This document shows, one piece after another, positions 23,201 through 38,400 of a DNA stretch of 64,000 bases. The translations under genes were made by a program, and so were the position numbers. Source of the stretch: Ophelia neglecta (lineage: Eukaryota); assembly GCA_965285935.1 (NCBI GenBank), contig OZ260667.1, positions 42,222,001-42,286,000 on the forward strand, read 5' to 3'. Below the pieces are notes generated by a model. That model was given only the letters and a program-made list of their open reading frames with translations, had not been told where the DNA came from and made no database searches. Numbering within the stretch: the stretch's first letter is position 1; every line of letters starts with the position of its first letter.

Positions 23201-26200
23201 CTTTCTATGTATTATAGAAGATTTAGTTCTTGTATAGACTTCTGAAGTAATAAAAGCGAAGGAATGCTTGCCTTGTAGTTGTTGGACTTAGTAGATAGAC
23301 GCTGTTGGACTGGTGTACATACGTTTTACCGTATGTGATAGGCAGGCATTTCCCAAAAAAATATGTTCCCGTGATGCTTTTGCATGTTCCAAACTTCATT
23401 TCATTGAAAACCCCCTATTGGAAATTCTCATTGACAATTATTTTTGAAATGTCTGACCAAAACGCGCATTTCTCTCATTGGTAAATTGAAAAATAAAAAA
23501 TTGTCAAATCTGATTGGAATAATCGGTAGCACGAATGCTTGGTCGTGTAATAATTTCTTCTCATTAGTATTTATCTTCTGTAATGACGGTTTGTTTTCAA
23601 TTGATTATATGTCTACAGAAGTAACCCTTGTAAAACTCGTTCCTTATGATTTTATTGTGCGTTTCAATCTAATATATATAAAACGTGATGGTATGCAGGG
23701 CGAATAATGCTCAACATGGTTCAATATATCTAGGACACTGCACCCAACATATACCACTGCAAGGATCATATAGACCTGATAACCAAATAGACATTTGAAA
23801 ACACGGCATGGATGAAATAGTTGTAAACGAAAAGGCGCAGTTGCTTTATCAAACATTCACATGGTGAAAATATAAAGGAGCCATTAGAAATCGAGTCGGC
23901 CAAGAAACATGCGTTCGATATTATAAGCCATTCTTTCTATGTCGCAAATAAAAAGCAATGTATGTATACAAGGAGCCGGTTTTTGATTTTTTTGCGTAAA
24001 GGAACCGAATAAGAAATCGACCAAGCCAAGACCCGTGCTATATTGAATTCCATTCCCATATTGGTATCTATCAGAATTTTTTTCGAACACTAAAACCTTC
24101 AGAATAAGCTGGTTTGAAACATTGCCTGAAAGCGCAGGTTTCTCATTTATGGCAGATACCAATTGCACAACTGCATATAAATAACTAAATCACCATCGGT
24201 CTTCCACTTCAATACAAACATCCATGATCTCTAAGACTGGTTTGCCCATTCGAGTGTAAATATACTGTATCACATTATATCAGTACATCTTGTTTAGATT
24301 GCAGTGTGCGTCATTAATTCGATAAATTATCCGCCAGATTCTACTGAATGAGGAAAAGGAAAATAATATAGGAGCAAACTTGGTCATCGAGCACGGCGTT
24401 GTTGATTGCATACCAAAATGGAGCAAGAATGCTATAGAAGTCGATGCAAAAACAGATTTAGATCGAAAAATATAAATGTCTCGTTTATATACTATGGTCA
24501 GTGGATCCGTTTATTCCCCACTCTTCGTGATAATGTTGATGTATAAATTTATATCATGAATTGTTACGGGTACGGGAGTGACATGGATATACATCAATAT
24601 TCAAAGTTGGTATCGAAGGCAATTTCTTCTTGTTGGATATCATATTTGCATATCAAATATACAACTTTTTATTGTCTAGCTGATAGGGAAAAACCGTCGC
24701 TTTAGAGACACTGAAAGGGTGCAGGAAACAGGCCTCAAAGAGTGAATTTTCATTCAACCTTTAAAAACAACGATCTTTATTTGGGAAAGAATACTAGGCA
24801 TAGCACAAAACTTACGCGAGTAAATTAGAGATAGTGTACGAGCCTGACCGACAAATTATAACCCCCCGACACAATTTGAGTGCAATAATTGTCATTGTGA
24901 CTCTGGTTTGGGAAATGTGCAGTGACATTTTTTTCGGTGGTAGCTTATTTGTTCTTTTCACCCATTCACCGTGGTTTTCTATGGCAGTATCCACAATATG
25001 CCGATGTAGAAATTTATGTCGAATTAAATTTGGAGGATTACGGATAGATTGACACTATGAGAAATTAATCTTTTTTTAAACACACTTTCTTTGTTTTGTC
25101 TATACACAAATTGACATTTATTGTTTCACACACTTATAATGTTGATGCAGTTATAGTAAGGTTAAGAGAGAAACGGCGTATTCTGGTCAATCTGGCCCAT
25201 TATATTATCTTTATCTTGGTCTCTGTAATGTATGTTTTGTAATATTAACCGATAAATAAGGAATATTTGACCCTTTAAGTGCTGTTTAATGTTTTTCTGC
25301 CGGTGGAAACTGGTGCCAGTTTTCATTGGCTGTTTAAGAATATTTTAATTGATATAGCAGCAATTGTGTTAAAATCGTAATTTCTATATAAGGAAATGAA
25401 ATTTTATAATAATTTATCTGAGCAATTAAACAAGCCACTATGCCCATTTTGGTGAATTGTTGTTGGCTATCATTTTTTTTACAGATTTATCTATTACAGA
25501 GTTTTTTTCATTTTTAATGCCTTATCTAAGATCCAGATCCCTCAATTATTTGAAAGCTTTTATGTGATTTTGATTAGTTGGAAAAAGATCCAAAAAGGCT
25601 CGCGTTCTTTTATATGAATCTTGTGCGCACATACTCAATATAGCCGCCATTTCGTCCTTAAAATAAGGCATTTTCAGCATTACCCGTAGTGTACTTGGTT
25701 CCATTCATCTAAAGAAATTATAGGATGGAAATGTATTTGCAAAAATTCTATAATTTAGTGTATAGGAGTGTTAACATATTAAAATTGAGAATCGTTTAAT
25801 CGTTTCCTGCACGAAATCAAATGATCGGCCCCACTTTTACAAATATGGGCATACATACCAAACATACTGACAATCAATAGGTAAAAGATATTTTTTTTGT
25901 GAATCAACTATAGTTTATAGGCCAACCAAGATGCTAATTAGGCAACCTGAGGAAATACGTATCAGCTTCTCACATTTAAACCTTTCAGCAGCTGGTTCAA
26001 ATGCCCAAGAGTAGCAGTTCACTAATTATTCTAAAAGATATATTCTGAATTTAGCTCATTGGGCCCAGGTTTCAGTAAGCTAGTAAGTGGATTAGCTGCG
26101 AGAGAAACCTTTGGCACCCCAGTTCTTAATGTTGTTTGTTGCTGCTTAAAGGGCACTGTGGTATACGTCTGAATCAGAATTATGATTTTTTCATATATAC

Positions 26201-29200
26201 TCAAAAAAGAACCACCATAGGTGTTTACTATTCCTGTGGAAAATACAAGGCCAAGCGTTGTTACCAACTTCATATGCTTAGCCCAATAGCCAAGTATACT
26301 TTCGCCGACATTAGATTTCTAGATTCAAAGTCATCCCCTATTGGACATTTATGAAATATAGTCCAGCCATTTTAAGAATGATCAACGCGTATCCACTTAC
26401 CTAGTAAAACCTTGGCTAATTTGTTGTATATCCTTATGGCCAGGACTTGAGTGCACATTTTGAAATTTACAAGAATCTTCTTATCATATCGCGTATCGGT
26501 ATAGATAAAAATGCGGGACCTGTTGAAGCTGGATTCAAATATGAAAGTATACCTTTTGAAGTACAAATTGCATGGATGATAGAAAACAATGAAACTCTGC
26601 GTGCTAAATGTAAAATCTGAAATATACATTTTCAAAAATTTGTAACTTAGTAAAAGACTAAACCGTACCATAAACATGTTTTCGAAGTTGATATTGATAT
26701 ACATAGTCTTTATCTTTGCCCTCCGATAGGAGGATTTCTTGTCATAATTTTTGTAACGCATTTTACATGATTTTTAATTGTGGATATAATGGTAAAGGTA
26801 TTGCATTCCAAGCTTCAGATTTCAGATACAATTCAAGTATGTGTGTGCATTCTTTCAATTACATACTTAAGGTTGAAGAAGCACATAGCACGAACGATGC
26901 ATCCATGAACACTTCCCACAATCCTAGAACTTTGGGCATAATTCACACTAAGCAGTATCGAAGGCACATCTAGTTTGATAAGGCTCATAACAGCAGATGG
27001 CACGGGAGGTACCATATTTCCCACCAAGGCTGACCTGCTTGGTGATCTCTCCAGAAAAGAGGTGCCCCGAATCCTAAGTCGTGTGATTGAGGCCGATTTA
27101 TGTAATGCTTTCATGAATATAGATCAAGTCCAAGAGGCCGAAAAGTTATAATAAGGTAATATTATGTTTATAGGTATATGGTCCCAAAAGGCTTGCTCTT
27201 ATGAATTTATTTTATCATAAAAAGTTAAATGACATTGGAATCAAATGCAATGATATTCTTTTGCCAAATTCAAGGCAACTTTTAATTCGCCCTTGCCCCT
27301 CAGATCTGTTTTGATACCGGAGAAAATGCGTTCAGTAAATTGAATTAACGAAAATTTAAAGACAATCAAAAGTCCATCGTACCAGTCATGTGCTTAACAA
27401 CGATAAGTTGATTAACACCCAGCTATATCTCATTACTCGGTTGGGGAAGCCAGATTACCTGAAAGTGCTTTCTGTAGACATTTCTTAATGTCTACTTCAC
27501 AAGAAAAGCACATTAAAGCTCATTCTCTTAAGGGCCGATCTTAGGACCTAAGTGCCGCAAGAGAAAGATTACAGAGCTCCGTACGCTGAATTAGGTGCAC
27601 ACGTTCCTCATTATAGTCTGGCTCATTTTTATCCAAAAAAGAAGCCTGTATAAAGATGTTAAGGCGTTTCTTTTTAAAAGTTGGACACAAATTGATTAAA
27701 TGGCGTTTTTTCGCCAAGTCGAGTTTATTGCCCTCCAGTTTGTGTTCATCTTTTATCATTGATCATATATGCAATATAAAACAGACAATAAATAGTTTAA
27801 GTGTCGTTTGCACCTAAAGCACTCAAAGGTAAATGAAAAAATAATGATGGTATTATACTTACCTTTCCCTTATTATTCCAAGCGGCATAGGCATTTCAGC
27901 AATGTCGATGGTGTCAATGTTAGGCCAACTGAGTTTTTCCTGCCTGCCATTTTTCCGAATTTGAAATGTTAGATGGAGGTCATCATTTTATGTTCTGTTT
28001 TATTCCTGCAAAATGCAGTTTTGTTAATTCTTAGTTATCCGAAATCATTCGTTTACTCAATCAGCAGGCTTGTTAAGTGCTGTCAGCTCTGCCACAGAGA
28101 ATCAACAGAATCAACGATTGCAACTTTTAATCCGTTTGTGATGGTGCCAAACAGCGGGATACCTATGATCCTGTATTGGTTAGAGTATGGCAAATATGTA
28201 TTAGTTGTCGTTGGTTGATATTTAAGTAATTGTTGTGTGTTTGCCTTGTATTATTTGATAAAAAACAGGGATAAATGGTGTTTTAATACATGTTATCCGA
28301 ATGTGCTTTGTTAACGAGATGTGACTCCTCCTAGTTGAGGCCTGATACAAAGCTTCTAGACATTTGGAAAATTGTTATACTTCATGCTTGGCATGAAATA
28401 AAGTATACATGAAACATTGATATTATGTAATCATAATGTTACTTGACTGGGAGGCAGGTGGGAAAAGCACACATTTTCTTTTCATAATCTGACCATCCAG
28501 AATGTCAGTTGGTGCAGTTATTACGCATTATATGACCGCGCTAAGCCGTTTTTGTGGTTTACAACAGCCTTGTTTTTAGATATCATACGAGCATCTTGTT
28601 TAAGAGCACGTAGGTGAATGAGCGTAGTCGCTCGGAAATGCACAGCGCGCCAGTCAATAAACACTACAAATCCCCGTGGCGACTTGGCCACTATCGAACG
28701 ATTCATTCCCCTCAGTTGAGCAAGTACCTTTACCAATTTGGTCAAGGTAATTTTCTACGTCACACCCTTATTTAGCAGTGAGCTGTACACAGGAAACTTT
28801 GCTCGCCTTGAGTCGAGTAGCATACACAGTGAACATTTTTGTGTAGGCGTTCACCTACACCGAAGGGAATGTCCCATCGAAAGACGTGTTCAGGTAGGTT
28901 CTGTTATTTCTCTTTTTCAGTACAACACAGTTTTGTATTCCATTGTCGATCAATATACTACACATTTTTGTGGGATGAAGTCAGTTTATACAAGTAGTCG
29001 TTATGTTTGCCAGTGTTGTTTTTGGTAGCCACATGAGATATTGTACCATCATTCATATTAGCTCATTTTCTGAACCAGCATCCTAAACAATAAACATGTT
29101 TAAAGTTCATCATGTAGCTGAACGGCTTGGCTGCTTCAAGGGTGTTTTTCAGCTGTTGAAATAAATCAAAATAAGAAGCTCATTGGCATATAAAGCGCCG

Positions 29201-32200
29201 GCATGGTCCTCACGCCTAGGAAGAAAACACTAGTACCTTTTGGGCATCATGTTGTCAGCCCTCGGTGCGAGTATCTACTTGTCATGTTCAGACCTAGATT
29301 ATATTTATTACTTGCGCCGCTAAAATTTATAATCAAGGGAATGACTTAGCACACTAGCATTTAGCAACAGCCATCCACTTATCATCTTTGGAAGGTTGGG
29401 TATTGTCTGTGTTTTGACAGGGCAGGGTACTGCCCAAAAAAGTGCCCATAGCACTTAAGGTAAAGGCGGTGTAGCGGCCACAGGAGCAGGTTTTAAAGCT
29501 TGGACTGCATGTAAAATAATAAAAGTGGAAAGAACTCGGACTAGCTTCTAGTCTGTTTTCTGCTATCGTTTAAATCCAAGCCCCAAAGCTAAGTGGGTTT
29601 AACTCGTCTCGTTGCTGTCCCAGAAATAAATGCCTCATATAAACTGACAATCATAGCCTACTACGATATGTGTGACTGTTGGATTTACTATAGGTCTTTA
29701 TTATATCCTATTACGTCAGTTATTGAATTCCATTGAATGATTCATTGTTTCTGAAGGCCATGGTAGCAATAATCTCACATTTAAAGGGGAGCTTAGTTCT
29801 TTGACCATTGACTTGTTTGTACATTGGAAATGTTGTCGATACGGGAAAATTACTGATTTCATTCATGTGTGGTTACACCATTATTTAAAGTAAATGTAAC
29901 TGCTTTGGAAATGGTAATACATTAGTACATTTGTGTAGGCTTTTCCTGGGAAATTTTTTCTCGATTGTGTCTTTTTGATCAACGATTCACTCCCCATATT
30001 AATACAAAACTTACAAATACCTCGCTGTCTCTAAATCATTGCGTCGCTCGTCCTAAATGGAAGGGGGCTTCCCAATCAGAATAAGGCAGAAAGCGGCCTT
30101 AGGAGCACATTGGTATCTTGATTTGTTGATTGATTGTTTTATTTATTTTTGCACCATAAAAGCATATACTGGGTTAAAGTATAAATTAAAGACTAGAATA
30201 ATGCATATCTGCATGCAATAAGTACCATGCCTATCACATCACAGACCTTTACCTTGGTAAAGAGTCTTTGTTTTTGTCGAAGGGGTGATGCCTTGATCCG
30301 AGTAAAACAGCCATATTCAATACCCATAGCCTCGTTCTGAGCAATTAGCGTTGTTTCACGGCAATAGATGCAGACTTTGTGCGAATGAGGTTTTTTTATT
30401 TTGAAATAATCTTCCCTGTGCCGAGTGTTAAATAGAAACAGATCATAGTTTATCATTTTAAAGGAACAGCTCCAACGTCAGGTATATTTGCATGACTAGG
30501 CGATGAAATTCCTGTCGCGAAGTGGCCTAAACTCTTCATAGTGGACAGAACTTAAACTAGTTTAATTATTCATTTGCCATAAAGCTGGTGCCCCGTCTGA
30601 GCCTGTTTTACACAAGCCAAGCTTCATCTCCTAGCAGACTTATTAAATGGCAGTATATATCCTCAGTTTCCAGGTTAAATGAGCGCCACTTTTAGTAAAC
30701 GGGCATTTCTACATCAGGATTTTATCATGTTGCCTAAATCTTTGTAACTAGGCTGGTTTGAGACCTTATCTGTATTTTCGCATAGTATCTTCACACTCAT
30801 AGTGGTTGACTGTTTCGGAAAAGGGACATTTTCCTCTGCTAAAGTCATCAGCTTTATGAACGATTGAAGTCACACATTCACAGTATCATAATATAAGCAC
30901 GAATCTCTATGGTGTATAGGATACACATAATGTATTGCCTGGATAATGAGTAACTCTCCCAAAGGGAAAGATACCCGGATAATGATTATGGTTTGCTTTT
31001 TCACCTTCTCGAGCAATAATTGCCACACATGTATGAAGCTAATGGGGAAAAACGGGCATGCACCCTGGGGAAAATCATGTATCCGATAAACAATAAAACT
31101 TTAAACTTTATATAAGATTGTTAGGTGTGTAACATACTCACAAACATGATTTCATTCGATGGATATTTAAGCAACAATTAAAAGAATAGCAAACTAAAAA
31201 TTGTATAACCTAGATAACAATGAGTTCTATTCATCCTAGAATAATGCACGATGTGTATCGAATTACAAAACAGACAACTCAATGGTCAACTTATAGCGGT
31301 ACTGGAATATGACGTCAGGTTGACTGTTGTATAATTAAACGCTCATGCGAATATCACGAGTACGAGGATATCACACATTCTCCTCATACACTGCGCTTAT
31401 AAACCATCGGCAGCGAATCCTAGAGAAAGTATGACACGTTTCCACTCTACGTTGACATATTAAAAAGGGTAAAATATCCCAAAAGGCAAAGTATTTTCTT
31501 ACGTATCAAGTTGAAGTAGGCAATACGCCTTGAACAAAACCATGGTGCATCAAGTGAATCAATGGGGGAAACGCTTTATTTATCATAAGCGGGAGAGCAA
31601 ACACGCCCTGCGTTATTTACATTTATCAGGCAGACCATCTTTTGTTAATACTTTCAACAGCCGCTGCCCAACACACACATACAAACAAAACACATGCACT
31701 TTGTTGTGTTATCATTGAAAAGACAATTGCTCTAAAGTAAGACCTATCATGCCACTCGAATGTCATTATTTTCCATCACTCCCCAATCCAGTTCGACGCT
31801 AAAGATGTACTCCCTATCAAATTTCTCCGAGTGTTTTAAATCTTAGCAGCAATTACATCCAAAGGCCCTACACCGAAACGAGTTATTCTAATTATAAACG
31901 CTCCAACAGAAATGAATGTAATAATCGCCGCAGCGGTCGTATATTAAAATTTCATCTCGTCGCCATTCTCAATTTTTTTTGTCAAAGTTCCCAGAAAACA
32001 CCATATTATGTTCGTTCAGTAATGGGTTCGATGCTTTGGCCTTGTGCAGTTTATAAGCCATTCAAGTATATTAGAAATAAATCTACTTATGATCACCCAT
32101 AAGTACATTTGGAATATAGCAATAATGATAAATCCATACCTACAGAAGATAACAATCTCATCAGAGAGGCATAATCATTCAGCTTTAACAATAGCAATAA

Positions 32201-33412
32201 CAATACCGATTCTACACGTACGAGAACGCTAACCAATGGGAGAAATCAATGATAGCCTTATAAAATTTCATATTTGCTCTTAAAATCAAATGAAGTTCCT
32301 AAACATGTGTTTTGGAATTTTTCAGATATCCGGGTACATAATTTCGAAGTTGGTAGCTAAGATTAATGTATGCCATTAGTACTTTATCGCAAATGTTCAC
32401 TTATCGCAGGCCGTATATTTTTACTAATTTTTACTGTTTTCACGATATCTTCTACATGATGGTAAGAAAAAGATTGCCATTATTAGTACCTTTAAAATAT
32501 ACTGCCGAACCAAATTTGAAACCACCTTTCTCCAACAATTTACCTTGTATTTGACATATTAGCTGAACATAAAAGATGTAGTACCAGCGTATCATATGGA
32601 CTTTATCAGGTACACTCAATTACCGCAGTCGATATGATTTTATACTTTCCTCATTACATTTAATCCTTTGGTAGGCCCAACTGTCATGAAATAAGCTTCG
32701 TATATATGACGAAACATCATTCGATGTTTATACTACACATGTGGCTTATCTTGTAACCGAAAGAAGGGAGACGGAATAAACTATGATCATAGGCAAATGG
32801 TCTACAGTTTGAAGCACATTTAAGGGACTCTATAAAGAAATATCATATTATGTAGTTATTCATTTTTTGCTATCTCGGGCTTTATGATTATAATGAGTAT
32901 GTTCCGCAATCCTCTGCAATCCCCAGCACAATGAGGAAATATATGGCGTTGAGCAAATGTGCCTACACACTGGAATGGTGAGCTCAAGTTATAATGATAC
33001 ATCCAAATTACTTTCCACTATGACTCTTGGGAAATTGGTAACATGAAATAAATGACATAAGATATGGTCGTCCAAAGCTACTTGAAATTTCTGATTATAC
33101 TAGTAGAATGGGAAATTGGAAGCCCTTGTACAAATACTTTTTAAATTCTAGTACATTAGTAAATGCATCACAGATGGTGAAAATGGGTTCTAGTTTATTC
33201 TCAAATTCCGTCCACCATACCAACCAAGAAGCGTGCTGCAACACTTTATACTAAAATGATATATGCGGCATAGTTATCACAAATAAATCCCGTTGTTCGA
33301 ATTTGAGCTAAGCTTAGCAATTGTGTGGATGCCAGTTTTCATGCCAAGTGCACCTCTTGCTACTCCACAAATATATAGATAGTCAGATGTTGCTATATGT
33401 AAATATATGTAA

Positions 33413-33455
33413 AAATGGCTAAAATTACATAATATAAATGTAGTTTTAGCCATTT
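33413..33455. repeat. Hairpin with 18-bp stem (1 mismatch) and 7-nt loop
   Basis: AAATGGCTAAAATTACAT-AATATAA-ATGTAGTTTTAGCCATTT. Confidence 0.75.
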
Positions 33456-34824
33456 CTTCTTAATCTTGATGTGCTTTTAAGGCCCGCCTTAAGCTTTTTC
33501 TTTGTATTTATAAATGTTTAAGTTGTCCATTCAAGTCCACACATGGCATTTTGTGGCAAAAATAGAATAAAGGATCTTCTATAAGGCCATTATATTTTTT
33601 TGCTAAAAAAACGCAATTATCGGTCAAAATTGAGAATTTCAAGGGCTTTGTGGGACCATCGAAATTCATTTAATAATGAAAAAAGTCACGTCTTTTTAGT
33701 CCAAAAGGAACACCGATCCACCAGGGGAGCATAAATTTAAAAAAAAAATATTTTGAGCCACCCTGATGCAGAATTATCACTTTTTGTATTGAATTGTTTC
33801 ACATCAGCGTTTGTCTGTTTACAAATAGCCATTTCATCTTCAATAGGTGAAGGGTCTTCAATATGTAATATGACAATAATCACATCAGACTCTTATGTGG
33901 TTTATTTCATATTGACCCTACTGTGCACTCACTGGTATGTATATTTATTGAGTAATTTGTTTATTTCAAATATGTATCTGACTTATCTGGTTATCTAAAT
34001 CCGTTGCTTTTGATAGAGTGAGGCGGGGGGTTGTATAAGTATGAATGAGTATGAACCAAACTGGTACATGTATATGATCAAAGAAGGAAAAGGTACATTT
34101 GAATCGTATTTGCTTCTAAAAAATTCCATAGGGTGGCCCATGGAGCATTGGTTGTAGAGTCCTTAAATTTGGAAATAGAACGGTGTCCTTAATTATGTCT
34201 GAACTATTAAGCTTATAGCGTAATAGTATTAACACAAATGAATAATTTTTTTTTGTTTTGATTGCCGATATATATATGGATTTAATGTGCATGATTGATA
34301 AGTTTTCAGTTTCGTGCACATGAATATAGATATATTTGATTACATACAGTGGTTAATCGCCTGTAGTCTTTACATGAATTTAGTGGATTCTTGCAAAGTA
34401 AAGGGCAGGATTGAATGAAGTCATATAGATTGACTTTTCACACGTTGTTCACATTATACAAATGGGGATTTATATTTAAATTTATATTTAGTCATTTGCT
34501 TCCCATATTAATCACATACCAGTGCAACACATTTGTAGTAGGCTGGATCTCTAATTCTTGACTACCCGATCAGTGGCAAAGCATCCAATCCTCTACAGGT
34601 CTCAAGCATGAAATATGAGATGATCAACCGAACTTGGCGTGCAATCATGGTACTCGTCGTGATTCACATACAGCTAGGGAGTGGCCGAATTTTCTATGCT
34701 ACGTTTATGTTATGTACTTGTGACCTATTTACTTAAGTCGGAATACGAGATTGACTCGTTTTATTGTATAAAACGGGACCGGCAGACAAGGCAAAACAAT
34801 AAATGAAGAAAAGTCATCAGAAAT

Positions 34825-34920
34825 CTTTGCCATGTAAATATAGCATTAAATATAGCATTAAATTTGCTATTTTTCTTCTTAAGAAAGCTTTGCCCTGTAA
34901 ATACAGCATTAACTTTGCTA
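34825..34920 (+). repeat. Local direct repeat with internal 12-bp duplication
   Basis: CTTTGCCATGTAAATATAGCATTAAA[TATAGCATTAAA]TTTGCTA is followed by CTTTGCCCTGTAAATACAGCATTAACTTTGCTA. Confidence 0.7.
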
Positions 34921-35342
34921 ATGGGTGTTCCGATTCATCTATACGGTGCGCACACAAAAATGTGACAATTTTTACAGCTTATTTCGCCAACTGTTATATC
35001 AGAGGATTTGGTCAATCTTCGTAGGTTTACAATATAATGGATACGAAAAATGCACTGCGAAAGGATGGACGACATTCCACCAGCGAGCATTTCAGCTTCG
35101 GACATAACCATCGTTTCGCCATTCAAAATCTATTGTTTTGTATATATTTAACAAATATATTCATATAAAAAGTTTATAATATACAATTTCTTCCGCATTA
35201 GAAAGAAATATTTGTAAAATGAGCTAGCCAAATGTTAAATAAAACTTGTGTGTAACAGAAAATATAATTTCTCCATGCCTATTGAATATAATAAATCAAG
35301 TGTAGGCCGCAGGAAATGGCTTACAGCACAAGATACACATCA

Positions 35343-35458
35343 AAGTATATGAACCAATCAATACAGCGCATTAGCTGAGGCCCGGCGCCAGAATAGTCTA
35401 ATCCGATCTAAACATCTCTCTCTCTCTCTCTATCATAAACTGTGGATAATTGAACCTT
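35343..35458 (+). repeat. Dispersed repeat copy A, with internal (CT)n
   Basis: AAGTATATGAACCAATCA...ATTAGCTGAGGCCCGGCGCCAGAATA...ACTGTGGATAATTGAACCT matches 50242-50331. Confidence 0.7.
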
Positions 35459-38400
35459 CCCACCACTACCAAAAAATGTCTAGTCATGCAAGTCTTTGAA
35501 ATCAATGAAGCTTGTGTTCTAGCGATTCTACTTTTATTATTCGTGATATGGATGAAATGAAAAATTCTATCAGCTGTTTCAATGCACTATACAACAATGA
35601 CACCTATGCTCCATATCCCTAAAATGTCATTAAATTCTAAGAAACTAAAAGCAAAAATATGCGAGGAAAAGATGCTTATCGGAAACATCCGTTCTCTGAT
35701 CGAGAGCCATACACAGTGAATTGATACCAGAAGAAATAAAATCAGCTATTAACAATATAAATGCATCAAATTCGGTCCATAGTCTCTAGGATAATCAACC
35801 TCTGGCTCACATTACGTCGACCCATAGTACATTAAACTGTTCCGACCAAAAATGAAAGGGGGAACTTGTAGGTTACGTAAATGATATCAGACACAAAAGA
35901 GGGCAAAAATGCAATCGATGAATCTCTTTTGGACTGTTCGTGTCAAGTTTGCTCCATATCAACACTTTCGCAGTAAAGCATTGCAACAACTGAATTGAAT
36001 AACAAATTCCATATGTTGCAGATCCGCTTTTTCTGACATAATGAAAGCAGATCTGGATCACTATACTAATTGACGGAATATTTGTTATGCATTGTTTGGT
36101 GAAAATTGACCGGTTTCTCTTTAGATAGCAAGGAGCATTTACACCCTTTATTATCATTGCATTCATGAAGACAATTTCATAGGAAATGTTATCATTGGGA
36201 GAGAACTTAGTCGATCCTACACTTATCTATGCCGTATGTAAGGCTCGACTAACACTGGTGTGTTGCTTAATGGTTTAAATAACAGTGACTGAATATGTTG
36301 TTTACCTTCCATTGAAAGTTTAACCAAGTTTATCTTCTCATTAAAATTAGTTCGTTACTTGCTTATATTTACACTAATGGAACTGGAGATTGACGGGATT
36401 GGAGCTTAAGCTTACAGTTCCTTGTGAATGCGGACATACTTCACATGGTCAATTATTGAAGAATTGATTTGTCTGTTTAATTTATTGAATATATGTATGT
36501 CTTACGTATATTTAAACTTAAACAATCCAGTAAAATATTTTGAGTGCTAAAGAGACTTTACAATTGTTTAGGGCTTTCGTCTATCAATATACAATGAGGT
36601 GATTTTATAACCCTCACCCATTCGTTATTTTCAATAATATAAAAATGTCATCATAAGAACAAAAAGCAATATTTACCGACATTAAAAACATCCGTGTGTG
36701 AGTTGAATTCTTTAACAAACACAACACTAAACCTGATACAGGAATTGGATTGTTCAGGCAACGGAAAAAAAAAATTGGAACTCAATTCTCAGTTGTTTGC
36801 AATCAAGGTTGTTTCCTTCCTATTAAGAAGAAGCCAATTACTGAGAGTATTCTAGTCGGAACATCAAATCTGATTTATTAAAATACGTAGGAAATCTCTA
36901 TTGTACATATTCTTCCGCCATCATCCCTTGGATTGGTGATCGCGATTTGATATACAATTACATTCATTTTTACAAGAACTCGTGCTGACAGGTCTAGCTT
37001 ATTTGCGAAGATTGATTAGTTTGGACACTCTCCAATCGCTGCTGCAATTAATTTTTTTGGCTTAAGTAAACAGATAACAGAGGGCAACCAAGAAGACGAT
37101 TGACAGTTGGACGTGTGGAGAATAGTTATAGCTTTTCCTTTTTGGGAAATATTTAAACCACTCGTTGTTTACCAAAACCATAAACCAAAAGAAAGACACA
37201 CTGAAAGTTGTATTTATGGTGTGGGTATAGAATCCAAAGAATCGTTACTCTAAATCTACGCAAATATGATTGGAACCAAGAAAAAAAACCTGCTTATTGT
37301 GTAGAGGCTGGCTAAATGGAAAAACGTGTTCCTAGTTGCTCATATATGAAACAAGAGTGGATAAACAGATGGTGTCAAAATATATCATATGTGTTCTTTC
37401 ATATAGGTATGTTTGAAAAATAAACCATGTCTTTAGAAATATTAGATGTATGCATATTATTATCATTTGCTCTTCAGGAATTAATGCCAATAGTTCTGAA
37501 CCATATAGTGGTAAAATTCTATTATCACTGTTGATTGGCATCGAGCTCTTGACATATTACTCACATTTTATTATAACACTTGTACGCTTTTCAGGTGGTT
37601 GTATTGCCGTTTGTGCCTTCGGTTAAGTTACGGTTCGTAGTAGACTGTGAAAGTGATTCAAGTCGACATAGCGACATTTTGTATCGGAGGAAACATTGCT
37701 TACAGGTCAACACCCATCAAAATCATTATTAGCACTGACACAGTAGGCATCAGCTATGGGTAAACGTAACCATACATGAGTAACACTAATATGGCCATAG
37801 GGGCATGTAAGTCAAATACCAAATAAAACATAAACCTGATATCGCTGTTGTATGAGGTAAATGTCCATTGGTGAACGCTCTGTAATCATAGTGTGAGTGT
37901 AATCTTTGTTCAAAAATACTCAGTTATTTGCCTAACTAATTCCTCGCATGGCGAAAAGTGAAGGTGATTGTGCTCTGTATCGTGTACAAGATGAAGAATG
38001 CATGGTCGTAATATATTACCCTGTCTGGTAAGATCTTTTTCCTTCTATAACAATGTTCAACAAATATGATGTAGGTAATATCTCATTGCAAATTTTTCCT
38101 CTCTTTGGTTAAGTTTGTCTCATTCATAATTAAGGCTTGCCCTGTTAACCGCTGCACTCCATACAGCGCACTGTTCGAATATTTCGAGCTCGGCCGTTGA
38201 CGCAAATGTCAGCCAATGCTGCGTGTGAGCTAATTGGTGAAAGATGGGGTTGTAGTATATTTCAGTTAGTGGTGAGAGCAGCCCGTAACACAAAGTACGT
38301 TATATTAGATCTTTTAGTAAGGTCTCGTCTCCAGATAATGCTTCATTTGAGAAATTTCCCAGCTAAACGTCAGCTAAATATTCTTGTGATTTACGTAAAG

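Noticed and set aside
38017-38035. CTGTCTGGTAAGAT, a partial match to miR-8/200 family
   Set aside because: The seed does not match and there is no complementary arm.
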